Shown: piece by piece, positions 28,657-37,950 of the stretch
Numbering within the stretch: position 1 is the stretch's first letter
Layout: each line of letters starts with the position of its first letter
Source of the DNA: an uncultured Ectothiorhodospiraceae bacterium
GTDB taxonomy: Bacteria > Pseudomonadota > Gammaproteobacteria > S012-40
Length of the DNA stretch: 64,000 bases
Direction of reading: 5' to 3'
Assembly (NCBI GenBank): GCA_945787715.1
Contig: CALZJE010000001.1
Location: 11,127 to 75,126 of the forward strand
Made by a program: the position numbers and the translations under genes
The notes under the pieces: model-generated
The model's database searches: none
Told to the model about the DNA's origin: nothing
What the model saw: the letters and a program-made list of their open reading frames with translations, nothing else

Positions 28657-30552
28657 TTATAGTGTAGGTGCAGTGAATTTTAATGTACCGTAATTGCCAC
28701 CGTTAGTTTTCATTTCGTATTCGGAAGTACCGTCGTTGATCATCAGGCGGAATGACAATGTATTTTGTTCGCTAGTGCTTATCCCTGATAATGAATCAAT
28801 TGAAAAACGCCCAGTATTATCGCCATCAGCCTGCATTGTTTCCCAAGTTGTACCACCATCCGTTGATACGTCAACTGTTACGGAACTTAGTGTATGCTCA
28901 GGGCGTGTACCGTCGCTAAGCGGTCCATGTAATATTTGTCCTGCATATACAGCAGGAAAACTCATGAGATCATGACTGCCATGATCCATCTCCATGGCGC
29001 GTGATTGCGGCTTATGATGCATGTGTTGGTGGCCATTTGAGGAATCACCTTCCTCTTCCGGATTTTTCATATCACGAGTAGAGATGAACACGGTTAACGC
29101 ATGGCTGCTATCAGTGTTCGGTGTAATTTCATGAAGCCATACCCGGAATGGACGAGTTTCTGTTGCGCCCATCATTGTTGTCCACTGATAATTAGAGTTG
29201 TTAATTAAAGAGAAAAGCACATCGACAGGCGCCTCGCTATCCATGGGCATAGGCATTTTAACTTGAGGATGAAAAACAACAGCGTGGGTTTTATCTGCTT
29301 CACCATCATTGTTTGTATCTTCTTTAACTTTCACCGTATAGCTCCATAAGCCCATAGGCACAGCATTTTCACCCATACCCATTTGCGATGGCATTACGTA
29401 ATAGCTGTCCATATTGTAAATACCATCAGCTGACTCAGAAGTATCTGTCATCATGCTGTGAGGAGTAGAATGAACGTGGCCGGTTATCATGCGCATATTT
29501 GGATGTTGCATAACACCTATGATCTCTTCATCACTACTTGTATTAATAGCAACACCACTTTCATCTTGCAGTGTGATTTTATGGTTGACGTGTGAAACCC
29601 AAAATCCTTGGGGGATTGGAGGATTGGCTTCAGTATCCAGTGAAACAGTTATCACACGGCCTGAGTCGGTTGTGATTGTTTTGCTTGCAGCACCAGCTGC
29701 ATCGTATTTAATTTTAGGTAAGTTGCTCGCAGGCGCCGGAATGCCTGAAGTATTGCTGCTACTGCCAGCAAATCCACTATAAGCCGCTAAAACTCGTGTG
29801 TCTAATGGAAGCGTGTTATGTAGAGTCTGTAAATTATGCGTACCGAGCATTACGCCATTTGCGCCATCGGAGCCATCAAGGTCATCGTCAGAGAGGTCTT
29901 CGGCAATGGCATTCAACAGGCCAGCTATATCGTTTGAGCTGAGTGATAGCTCGGAAGCTAATTGGCTGAAAGCACCTGCTCGAAAGGCGGCATCTCGATC
30001 TGCCTGTGGACGTTCTGCGGCCGATGCGCTATCAAGTATCGAGGGTGAGAACGGCTTTGCGTCCATATTTGGCTCATAACCAAATGCTGTTTTAAAAGAG
30101 GCTTTTGCTTGTTCAATAGTTTTTCCATGGTCTTTAACCAGGTAACTGATGACTGATGAACCCGGTGTAATCGGGGCGTTGCCTGTTTGTCCTTTTTGAT
30201 AAGTGCTCTCAGGCGTTGTCAGCGTAAGTGCATTCTCATTATCAAGCGTGATTGATTCATCTGACGCGCTATCTTTATATATCCCGGTGACTTTAAAGGT
30301 TAGTTCTTCGGTCAATGCACTATTAGAGACTTTTAAGCTAAATGAGCCAGCTTCTACCTTGCCTGAAGCAACAGAGTTATTATTGCTATCAACTACCTCT
30401 ATATCTCCAGAAATTGAACCTGAAACAATAGCGACACCTTCAATCAGTGTTGTGTCTTCTGCTGAATCTTCTATGCATCCTGCTAATCCAATTCCCATAG
30501 TCGCAGCTAAAATGCCGCTAAGTGTTGTACTTTTGAATGTAGGCTGCAACAT
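28657..30552 (-). CDS. Large surface/periplasmic lipoprotein with Met- and His-rich metal-binding motifs and BNR-like repeats
   Basis: Lipobox LAGC; carboxypeptidase-regulatory-like beta-sandwich N-terminus; motifs MQHPNMRMITGHVHSTPHSMM, MPSQMGMG, VKMPMPM, HQHMHHKPQSRAMEMDHGSHD; BNR-like TDGGTTW. Confidence 0.55.
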   Translation of the reverse strand: MLQPTFKSTTLSGILAATMGIGLAGCIEDSAEDTTLIEGVAIVSGSISGDIEVVDSNNNSVASGKVEAGSFSLKVSNSALTEELTFKVTGIYKDSASDESITLDNENALTLTTPESTYQKGQTGNAPITPGSSVISYLVKDHGKTIEQAKASFKTAFGYEPNMDAKPFSPSILDSASAAERPQADRDAAFRAGAFSQLASELSLSSNDIAGLLNAIAEDLSDDDLDGSDGANGVMLGTHNLQTLHNTLPLDTRVLAAYSGFAGSSSNTSGIPAPASNLPKIKYDAAGAASKTITTDSGRVITVSLDTEANPPIPQGFWVSHVNHKITLQDESGVAINTSSDEEIIGVMQHPNMRMITGHVHSTPHSMMTDTSESADGIYNMDSYYVMPSQMGMGENAVPMGLWSYTVKVKEDTNNDGEADKTHAVVFHPQVKMPMPMDSEAPVDVLFSLINNSNYQWTTMMGATETRPFRVWLHEITPNTDSSHALTVFISTRDMKNPEEEGDSSNGHQHMHHKPQSRAMEMDHGSHDLMSFPAVYAGQILHGPLSDGTRPEHTLSSVTVDVSTDGGTTWETMQADGDNTGRFSIDSLSGISTSEQNTLSFRLMINDGTSEYEMKTNGGNYGTLKFTAPTL

Positions 30553-30784
30553 GAAAAAACTCCCCCAATGCCTGTTAATTGCTTGTTAAATGCGAGCTTA
30601 AGGATAAGGGGAATTTAGCGATATGAGAATGTGACATATTGTCGCATCAAGTAACTATTTCCTGGTTTGTTGCTGTAAAGATGATAATTATCTCGTAACT
30701 GGCTGTTATTTATAGACGAATTAATAAGTGTTTGATATTTTAAATTGTACGTACTAGTATGTTTATTTGTCAGCAGGATTAAAA

Positions 30785-31345
30785 ATGTCAAAGAAAGACG
30801 ATATTTTAAAGGCAACACAAGAGTTACTTTGGGAAGTTGGTTATGAAGCCATGAGTCCTAAAAAGGTATTGCAAGCAAGTGGGGCTGGGCAAGGAAGCTT
30901 GTACCATCATTTCGAAGGTAAAGAAGCGTTGGTGCTTGCTGTCATAAAAAATATTCAACAAGAGCTACAAAGTGAAATTGATACAATATTTCTGTCAAGT
31001 GCACCGGCATTGGATAAGCTTGAAAAATATATTCTCAAGCAGCGCCTGGCTTTGAGAGGTTGCAAGCTAGGTCGATTGGCACAGGAAAAATCAATTATTG
31101 AGTCTCCCATACGAAATGTTATTAGTGATTACTTTTGCTATGTACATCAGCAGTTGACGGAAACTATTAAGCTCGCACAACAAGATAAGGTTATTGATAG
31201 AAGCAGTGATGCAACAGGGTTAGCTACAACCATACAGGCAACGATTCAAGGTGGATATACATTAGCAAGAATCACCCAAGATGAAAAAATGATGTCAGCG
31301 GCTCAAAAAGGCGTGTGGCAGCTATTATTAAGGAATCAATTATGA
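30785..31345 (+). CDS. TetR-family transcriptional regulator
   Basis: N-terminal HTH (ILKATQELLWEVGYEAMSPKKVLQASGAGQGSLYHHF); divergent from the lipoprotein operon; AGGA ribosome-binding site ahead of the second Met. Confidence 0.8.
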   Translation: MSKKDDILKATQELLWEVGYEAMSPKKVLQASGAGQGSLYHHFEGKEALVLAVIKNIQQELQSEIDTIFLSSAPALDKLEKYILKQRLALRGCKLGRLAQEKSIIESPIRNVISDYFCYVHQQLTETIKLAQQDKVIDRSSDATGLATTIQATIQGGYTLARITQDEKMMSAAQKGVWQLLLRNQL

Positions 31346-31947
31346 AATTATTTTATTCGCCAACTTCACCATTTGCGAGAAAAACTAGAGTTGTTGCACA
31401 TGAGAGTGGTTTATCTGATCGGATTGAGTTTATAAAAATGGATCCGCTCACCTCTGTTGATGATCTAATAATTGCAAACCCTCTATCACAAATCCCTACA
31501 TTGGTGGCTAATAACGGTATATCGCTTTTTGATAGTCGTGTTATTGCCGAATATTTTGACGAGTTATCGACAAACGATGAAAAACAATGTTTATGTCGGC
31601 CGCAGGGAGCTGATTATTATAAAGTGCAAAAGCTGCATGCATTGGCCAATGGAATTATGGAGAACGGTGTTGCTCTGACCATGGAAGGGCGAAGGCCAGA
31701 AGAGCAGCAATCTCCAACTTGGCAGCAGAGATGGGCAGAGTCAATTTTGAGAAGTGTCGACTTTGTGGCTACTAGCGATGAGCAGTTTGAGTATTTACAT
31801 ATTGGAAATCTCTCGTTTGTCATTGCACTAGAATATATCGATTTTCGCCAACCGCACGTTAATTGGAGAGAAGGTAATGATAAGCTTGTTAATGCGATTG
31901 TAGCTATTCAACAGCGAGCCTCCTTGATGGAAACTCGCTTTGTTTAA
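31342..31947 (+). CDS. Glutathione S-transferase
   Basis: GST N-terminal thioredoxin-like domain (MKLFYSPTSPFARK...IPTLV) and C-terminal helical domain; ATGA overlap with the TetR gene. Confidence 0.75.
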   Translation: MKLFYSPTSPFARKTRVVAHESGLSDRIEFIKMDPLTSVDDLIIANPLSQIPTLVANNGISLFDSRVIAEYFDELSTNDEKQCLCRPQGADYYKVQKLHALANGIMENGVALTMEGRRPEEQQSPTWQQRWAESILRSVDFVATSDEQFEYLHIGNLSFVIALEYIDFRQPHVNWREGNDKLVNAIVAIQQRASLMETRFV

Positions 31948-31956
31948 TACTGGTGT

Positions 31957-33465
31957 TTATAAATTGGTTCTTATGTTTAAACCAGCGGAAAAAGTATCTG
32001 CTTCATTCATGAATAGGCTCCTGCCATATTCAATAGAAATGCTGATATCTTTGTTTATGGGAAGGTCGGTACCAATGTTTGGTCTTGCAACAACATAACT
32101 TTTATAAAACGATTCCCAGTTAGAGCTGTCGGGGTTGTCAAAGTTGGTTTGCTTATCCAATCGATGATAGCCTAAGCCAACATCCAGGCCTATATGGGGA
32201 ATAAATACAACAGATCCAATATGAAGCGGCGAATTTTTTTTACCAAAGTTTAATAATTGTAATTTAATTTTACCGTTTATCTCAGCGGCGTAGTTTTCGT
32301 TATCATCTTGAGCGTATATCAATTCATATCCGGTTCGGATCGCACGGTTTAATTTACTTTTCGCCAGTTTTATTCCGTAAAGTGAATCAATATTCTGTGA
32401 TTGGCGATTCAGAGAAATATATTGATAATGAATTTGCCACAAGTTGCTTTGTTCATAGTTTTTTACCAGAGTACGGTTGCGTTGCATTTCAGCTTTACTA
32501 ACAAATGTTTCGCGTATCTCACTCTTAATGCCGGGTTTCAATTCGATTTTACCGTCTTCAGTATTGCCCTCAAAATTGAATGCGTAGTTTATTAGACCTT
32601 CGCATTTTTTGAATGTCACTGTTGAACCAACACGTTGTTTTTTTCCATCAACTGTTAGTCGTACACCTGATTGGTTTGAGCTGAAAGTGAGCTCTGGGTA
32701 GCCGTAGCTGCTCAAATCGATAGGGATTACTTTTCTATTTTTGGCGCTAAGCTCAAAACTATCCTCAACTGCGCAGTGATTGGGAGCAGTGATTCTATAA
32801 CTGTGTTTGCCGACGTTTAGTGAAACATATTGATTGGGGCGAACATTAGCAGAGTCATTAACAACTATTTTGATGCCTTCCCCGACAATATTAAACAGCA
32901 CAAATTGTTTGTTCAGTAATTTTTTAAGATCATTCTCAATTGATTTGAGTTCGTCCAGTTTTTGCTGATCTAATTGATCTCTTACAAAGGTATATAACCC
33001 ATCACTAGAAGCGATGTTGATAGCCCATTTTTCCGCTGTTTTTCTTTTTTCAGTGCCTTTGTCGGGTAAATTCTTTATGCGATAAGTGAGTTGTTCATCC
33101 AATTTATTTTTTGCGCAGTTAACCAGCGAATTGTGTTTTACAATAGCACATTGCTGGCCATTGCGTTTAACAATGCTAACTCCACATAAGTCCATTTCTG
33201 ATTTGGTAACCGATTTTGATGTGAACGAGCTCCAAACTGAGTCAATTGAAAAAAGATCAAATAATGAACTTCCAACAACGGAAGTTTCCTGGCCAATTTC
33301 TGATTGAATCAGTGAGGACATATTTCGACCGAGTTCTAACCTGGCTTCATTTGAATTTTCACCACATCCTGAATATTCTTTGTTCGAATCGTCGGCGAAT
33401 AATAGTTGTGGGGCTAACAAACAACATAATATTATAGATATTCGCAAATTTATTTTTAGCGTCAT
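31957..33465 (-). CDS. Hypothetical secreted protein (LPP20-like N-terminus, PEGA-like middle domain, possible C-terminal beta-barrel)
   Basis: Signal peptide MTLKINLRISIILCCLLAPQLLFA at the internal Met. Multi-domain; no catalytic motif seen. Confidence 0.45.
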   Translation of the reverse strand: MTLKINLRISIILCCLLAPQLLFADDSNKEYSGCGENSNEARLELGRNMSSLIQSEIGQETSVVGSSLFDLFSIDSVWSSFTSKSVTKSEMDLCGVSIVKRNGQQCAIVKHNSLVNCAKNKLDEQLTYRIKNLPDKGTEKRKTAEKWAINIASSDGLYTFVRDQLDQQKLDELKSIENDLKKLLNKQFVLFNIVGEGIKIVVNDSANVRPNQYVSLNVGKHSYRITAPNHCAVEDSFELSAKNRKVIPIDLSSYGYPELTFSSNQSGVRLTVDGKKQRVGSTVTFKKCEGLINYAFNFEGNTEDGKIELKPGIKSEIRETFVSKAEMQRNRTLVKNYEQSNLWQIHYQYISLNRQSQNIDSLYGIKLAKSKLNRAIRTGYELIYAQDDNENYAAEINGKIKLQLLNFGKKNSPLHIGSVVFIPHIGLDVGLGYHRLDKQTNFDNPDSSNWESFYKSYVVARPNIGTDLPINKDISISIEYGRSLFMNEADTFSAGLNIRTNL

Positions 33466-33713
33466 TTTTATGATCCCATCTTTTGATCTGTAAGTATCAA
33501 ATTTTTGTTGTGGAGCCTTTTCTAGGATTAAGGATGATAGATAAGACTTATCCAAAATCACTAAAGAAGTTAAGCTTATAAATTTAAGCGCTATATTAAA
33601 AGGTTTTATGAATAAATGACAATTTTATCATTATAGGTTGGGGTAATTATGAGATTTATAAATTGATATCATGTCAAATGTGGGTTGCTGGCTGTATAGA
33701 TACAGAGGAGTAT

Positions 33714-33808
33714 ACGTTAGCTGAATCTAATTAATACGTTAGCTGAATCTAATTAATACGTTAGCTGAATCTAATTAATACGTTAGCTGAATCTAATTAA
33801 TACGATAA
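33714..33808. repeat. Intergenic 22-bp tandem repeat, about 4.3 copies (ACGTTAGCTGAATCTAATTAAT)
   Basis: Four perfect copies plus a degenerate fifth, directly visible. Lies 19 bp past the rubredoxin-reductase stop and about 150 bp upstream of the secreted-protein gene. Confidence 0.9.
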
Positions 33809-33826
33809 CTGAAGACTGTTCGAATT

Positions 33827-34969
33827 TTAGAATAGCGCAGGAAGTGTTAATGCAAGTTTATTTGCTTCTAAGGTTGCTTTTCCTCCGAAGGCAAATCCCT
33901 TTATTTGTTGTTTGCTGTTTTTAAATAATGCACGTATAGAGTCGTCATTCACTTCGATTTCCCAGCTGCCTTCAATATTAGGGGCAGGGGGCAATACTGA
34001 AATTGGGAATGCAGGAGTTTTTAATGTAACTGGCATTGCAGGGTAGCTAACATAAGTGCTGCTATCATTTAATGTCTGTGCCAACACTTTTGTGCACTTC
34101 ATTAAAGGCATAATAAAGGGTATGAAAAAGCCGTTAACTTCTGCGCAATCACCTAAGGCAAAAATATCTTTTACAGAAGATTCCAGTTTTTCATCTACAA
34201 TAATTCCACGATTTGTTTTAACTCCAGCCTGTTGAGCCAAAGACAATTCAGCACGCAAACCGATTGCGGATAGAACTACATCACTTAAAAGGCTTTCTCC
34301 ATTTTCTAGCGTTATCGATAGCTGCTGTTCGTTACTATCGATATTTTTAACAGTATTATTTTTGTACCACACGACACCGATGGCTTCTATCGCTTGTTGA
34401 AGCTTTGCTCCGAGAGGCTCAGGCAACATATGACCTAATGGCCAGCTATTGCGATCTATTACATTCACAGTGTAGCCGTTAGCTGCAAGGTCATTAGCAA
34501 ATTCGCAGCCAATTAAACCTCCACCAAGTATACTAATGGACTTTTTATTTGATATTGCGTCCCTAAAAATTGAATAATCGTGTAGGTTATTTATCGAATA
34601 AACTCGATCTGTCGCATTCCCTTTTATAGGGGGCTGTAATGGTGAGGCACCAAGTGCCAAGACGAGTTTGCCATATTCAATTACTTCATCGCCCACTGAT
34701 ATCGTATGAGCAATTGGTTCAATTGAAGTGACGAATGTATGTGTTCTTATTTCAGCATCAAGTTGTTTGGCGATTTCTGAGCATGTTGATGTAGCTAGCT
34801 GGTCAGCCGTTTTCTCTTTCCCCAATGCATTCGATAACATGGGTTTGGAATAGGCTCTGCCATCATCGGCAGTAACGATAATTAAGGGAGTTTGTTTATT
34901 CAGTTTCCGAAACTCTCTCGCAACACCATATCCTGCTAATCCACTACCGATAATGACAACTGGCTTCAT
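33827..34969 (-). CDS. NAD(P)H:rubredoxin oxidoreductase (FAD-dependent pyridine nucleotide-disulfide oxidoreductase)
   Basis: Two Rossmann motifs (VIIGSGLAGYG; ILGGGLIGCEFA); immediately downstream of rubredoxin. Confidence 0.8.
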   Translation of the reverse strand: MKPVVIIGSGLAGYGVAREFRKLNKQTPLIIVTADDGRAYSKPMLSNALGKEKTADQLATSTCSEIAKQLDAEIRTHTFVTSIEPIAHTISVGDEVIEYGKLVLALGASPLQPPIKGNATDRVYSINNLHDYSIFRDAISNKKSISILGGGLIGCEFANDLAANGYTVNVIDRNSWPLGHMLPEPLGAKLQQAIEAIGVVWYKNNTVKNIDSNEQQLSITLENGESLLSDVVLSAIGLRAELSLAQQAGVKTNRGIIVDEKLESSVKDIFALGDCAEVNGFFIPFIMPLMKCTKVLAQTLNDSSTYVSYPAMPVTLKTPAFPISVLPPAPNIEGSWEIEVNDDSIRALFKNSKQQIKGFAFGGKATLEANKLALTLPALF

Positions 34970-34973
34970 CTTT

Positions 34974-35138
34974 CTATCCGTCGATCATTTCAAAATCATC
35001 TTTTGTTACGCCGCAGTCTGGACATGCCCAGTTTTCAGGAATATCTGCCCAAGTAGTACCTGGCGCGATTCCCTCATCGGGTAGCCCTTCTGCTTCATCA
35101 TAGATAAAACCACAAACTATGCATTGCCATTTTTTCAT
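34974..35138 (-). CDS. Rubredoxin (54 aa; absent from the 60-aa-cutoff ORF track)
   Basis: Manual translation gives [54 protein letters not shown], with two CxxCG knuckles. Confidence 0.85.
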   Translation of the reverse strand: MKKWQCIVCGFIYDEAEGLPDEGIAPGTTWADIPENWACPDCGVTKDDFEMIDG

Positions 35139-35160
35139 TTTAAGACTCCGTTTATCTTCA

Positions 35161-35637
35161 CTATTTAGAAATTAGAGCTAGTGTATCCTGATAATGTTTC
35201 GCATGTCTCTCTTCAACTTTAGCTAAAGCAGAAAAACGTTTAGCGGCGACTTCTAAAACCTTTGCAAAACGATCTGCATGTTCTTGCGACTCGGTTATTT
35301 GCTCATCAATTTCTTTTACCGCAGCATGATCTTTTTCTTCCAAGGCAGTATGACGAAATTTAGGATACATTTCAGTGTATTCGTAAGTTTCGCCTTCTAT
35401 CGCTAGTTGGAGCATTTTTTCTGCGGTTAATGTCTCTTTTGGATACAACAGATCTAAGTGACCGAATGCGTGTGCAGTTTCTTGTTCAGCTGTTTGTTCA
35501 AAAGCTTCTGCGACAGCAATCTCACCAAGTTCACGTGCACGCTTAGCGAAAAACAGATATTTTCGATTAGCCATCGATTCACCAGCAAATGCGGCTTCAA
35601 GATTTTGAATTGTTTTTGATGGTTTATGGTTACTCAT
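35161..35637 (-). CDS. Rubrerythrin-family diiron protein without a rubredoxin-like C-terminal domain
   Basis: Ferritin-like ExxH diiron motifs ([14 protein letters not shown]; [10 protein letters not shown]...EHA); 158 aa. Confidence 0.75.
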   Translation of the reverse strand: MSNHKPSKTIQNLEAAFAGESMANRKYLFFAKRARELGEIAVAEAFEQTAEQETAHAFGHLDLLYPKETLTAEKMLQLAIEGETYEYTEMYPKFRHTALEEKDHAAVKEIDEQITESQEHADRFAKVLEVAAKRFSALAKVEERHAKHYQDTLALISK

Positions 35638-35748
35638 TTTGTTTCCTTATGTGTAAAGGGAAGTTATTTCTCTGGAGATGAGCATAGTTGATATGTTATG
35701 TTTGATCCAATTGATTAAATATCTAGAGTTAATTGAAAGGATCGATTA

Positions 35749-36654
35749 ATGAATTTACCCTCTATACGCCAACTCCAATATTTTTTAGCAGTGTATGAGC
35801 TGCGTCATTTTGCTCAGGCAGCAGAGCGCTGTTTTGTCACTCAGTCAACATTGAGTAGCGGTATTCAGGAGTTGGAAAGTCTGCTAGACACTCAATTGTT
35901 TGAAAGAAGCAAACGGAAGGTGTTACCTACTGCAAAGGGTGAAGAAATTGTTAAGATTGCACAGGAGATTCTTAATTTCTCAACGCAACTGGTAGAACAG
36001 GCTAAGGGCAGTAATGAACCTCTTAGTGGACCGTTGAGAATTGGTGTTATCCCAACTATCGGTCCCTTTTTACTTCCCATGGTATTGCCTTCAGTTCGGC
36101 AGGCATTTCCTAGCTTGCAGCTCTACCTTATTGAAGATCAATCTGCTCGGTTACTTGAAAGACTTAGCAGTGGTGATATTGACTGTGCCATTCTTGCGCT
36201 ACCTTATGATATTGGTGGCATGGAATCCTATACTTTTTGGAGGGAATCTTTTTGGGTAGCGCTTCCCAAGAATCATCCTCTTAGTGATGGGGCGGCAATT
36301 CAATCGATCGATCTTCCTGAAAGCGAACTCTTACTACTAGAGGAGGGGCATTGTTTTAGGGATCATGCGCTTTCAGCGTGTCATAAATCCAGTTTAAAAA
36401 CCAGTGGTGTCTTTCAAGGAACTAGCTTGTATACATTAATCGAGATGGTTGCTGGTGGGCAGGGAATAACCTTGTTGCCAGAAATGGCAATAAAAAGTAA
36501 TTCAGTGAAACAAAGCGGAGTCTCATTGAGAGCATTATCTGAAAAAGGGCCTCATCGAGAAATATCGATCATTTATCGTCCAAAATTCTATCGAATGGAC
36601 GATATAAAGTTGCTTGCTGAAACTATGAAAGCGGCATTACAGAAATCTCATTAA
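35749..36654 (+). CDS. oxyR: LysR-family peroxide sensor OxyR
   Basis: GPLRIGVIPTIGPFLLP and LLLLEEGHCFRDHALSAC match the OxyR Cys199/Cys208 redox pair spacing (C-x8-C); divergent from the rubrerythrin operon. Confidence 0.8.
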   Translation: MNLPSIRQLQYFLAVYELRHFAQAAERCFVTQSTLSSGIQELESLLDTQLFERSKRKVLPTAKGEEIVKIAQEILNFSTQLVEQAKGSNEPLSGPLRIGVIPTIGPFLLPMVLPSVRQAFPSLQLYLIEDQSARLLERLSSGDIDCAILALPYDIGGMESYTFWRESFWVALPKNHPLSDGAAIQSIDLPESELLLLEEGHCFRDHALSACHKSSLKTSGVFQGTSLYTLIEMVAGGQGITLLPEMAIKSNSVKQSGVSLRALSEKGPHREISIIYRPKFYRMDDIKLLAETMKAALQKSH

Positions 36655-36713
36655 GCTAAGGATAGATTTTGTTTTTTTAAAACCGCATTGGCATTGGCAA
36701 TAAGGGGAAGCGG

Positions 36714-37025
36714 ATGAATGAAATAATTCTTGAAAATAAAAAAATTAATAATAAAAAAGAACCCTTGTTCAAAGGTTTTGTTATTGGTTTTTTTAGCCAA
36801 GCAGCACTAATGTTGACACCATTACTGTTAATTTACGTATTGATAAGTGGCTTTATCATTGCGTCGCTCGTTGGCTTTGGCACTGAGTTTATTGTTAACT
36901 GGAATAATGATAAGAGAATGTTTAATGTGGCCAATATCTTAGCAAATTGCGCTGGCGGTGTATTAGCTAGTGTGGCAATGGCCGCGATTATTTCGATTGG
37001 TAATTTATTAGGCCTGTTTTTATAA
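36714..37025 (+). CDS. Small hypothetical membrane protein
   Basis: 103 aa with two or three hydrophobic helices; starts 60 bp downstream of oxyR. Confidence 0.4.
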   Translation: MNEIILENKKINNKKEPLFKGFVIGFFSQAALMLTPLLLIYVLISGFIIASLVGFGTEFIVNWNNDKRMFNVANILANCAGGVLASVAMAAIISIGNLLGLFL

Positions 37026-37031
37026 AAAACT

Positions 37032-37625
37032 TTAGTTATCTAGTTGAGGCTCTGAGGCTTTAGTATTTAATCCTATTTTTTCAATATGCGAGTGACTTTT
37101 TTCATCAATCGCTCTACCAGCGTTGATTTTCTTCATTGCAACGAATGCCGCTTGCGAAATTTCTGTATCAGTATTTTTCCTTAAAGACACTAGCAGAGGC
37201 CAAGCGGATTCATCCCCCATATATCCTAGCAATACAATCCCAGATAATCGAATATTATATTTGCTATTGATAAGCATTCCTGCCGCGTAACGATGTATAT
37301 CAAGTTGATAAGCGAGAACTGATAATCCTGTTTTTTCCTGGGTATTACTGTGCTCGTATTGATGATTCCACTCTTCGATGAAAAACCAAATGTCTTTTTT
37401 GTTGAGTGTTGGAAGTTCTTTTTCCTGCAGAATATGAACTTTCGCCCTGGATAAAATTGGACTCCATAGGCTCATAAAGTGGATTTTTCTTTTTGTACTA
37501 AAAAAATTTAGCATGGCAATGACCGGCCTTATTACTCGAGTTGTTTTTAGTAGGTTGTTGAAAAAATATTGCGTTTGTAAATTTGCTATAAAAAACTTAC
37601 TTTGTCGGATTAACAATTTTTCCAA
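37032..37625 (-). CDS. Hypothetical protein with HEAT-like repeat C-terminus
   Basis: GIVLLGYMGDESAWPLLVSLRKNTDTEISQAAFVAMKKI resembles PBS-lyase/HEAT repeats. Confidence 0.35.
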   Translation of the reverse strand: MEKLLIRQSKFFIANLQTQYFFNNLLKTTRVIRPVIAMLNFFSTKRKIHFMSLWSPILSRAKVHILQEKELPTLNKKDIWFFIEEWNHQYEHSNTQEKTGLSVLAYQLDIHRYAAGMLINSKYNIRLSGIVLLGYMGDESAWPLLVSLRKNTDTEISQAAFVAMKKINAGRAIDEKSHSHIEKIGLNTKASEPQLDN

Positions 37626-37852
37626 CAGTTTGTAGATGAAAAAATGGTTTTATGTATAGCCAGTTATCGACAGCGGAACGGGGATTATTAAGGCTTTTTT
37701 GAAACTGTATGCAAAATATATTGCCTGCTATTGCAATCCTCAGTTTCATGCAGGTATTTATTCTCGTTGGCGCTTGAAATATTCGTTTCAGTCGGTGTGA
37801 GTATTGAGGGAGGTCAGATTTATCCTAGAATCCTCAGTTGGACAGGGTGAAG

Positions 37853-37950
37853 TGTGCGTTTGCGGTGGTGCAGGACAAGGCGTAACGACGCGGAATAGTT
37901 ATTCTATTCCAAGGCGTTACAACGCATTCATGTGCCACCGCAAGTGTGCA
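37853..37950. other. GC-rich imperfect palindrome of about 98 nt (long hairpin); candidate structured sRNA or MITE/REP-like element
   Basis: Left arm TTGCGGTGGTGCA pairs with right arm TGTGCCACCGCAA; inner GTAACG/CGTTAC; central perfect hairpin GGAATAG-ttatt-CTATTCC. GC is well above the local background. Confidence 0.3.

Noticed and set aside
33714-33808. Possible CRISPR array.
   Set aside because: Four head-to-tail 22-bp copies with no unique spacers and no cas genes in the window. It is a simple tandem repeat.
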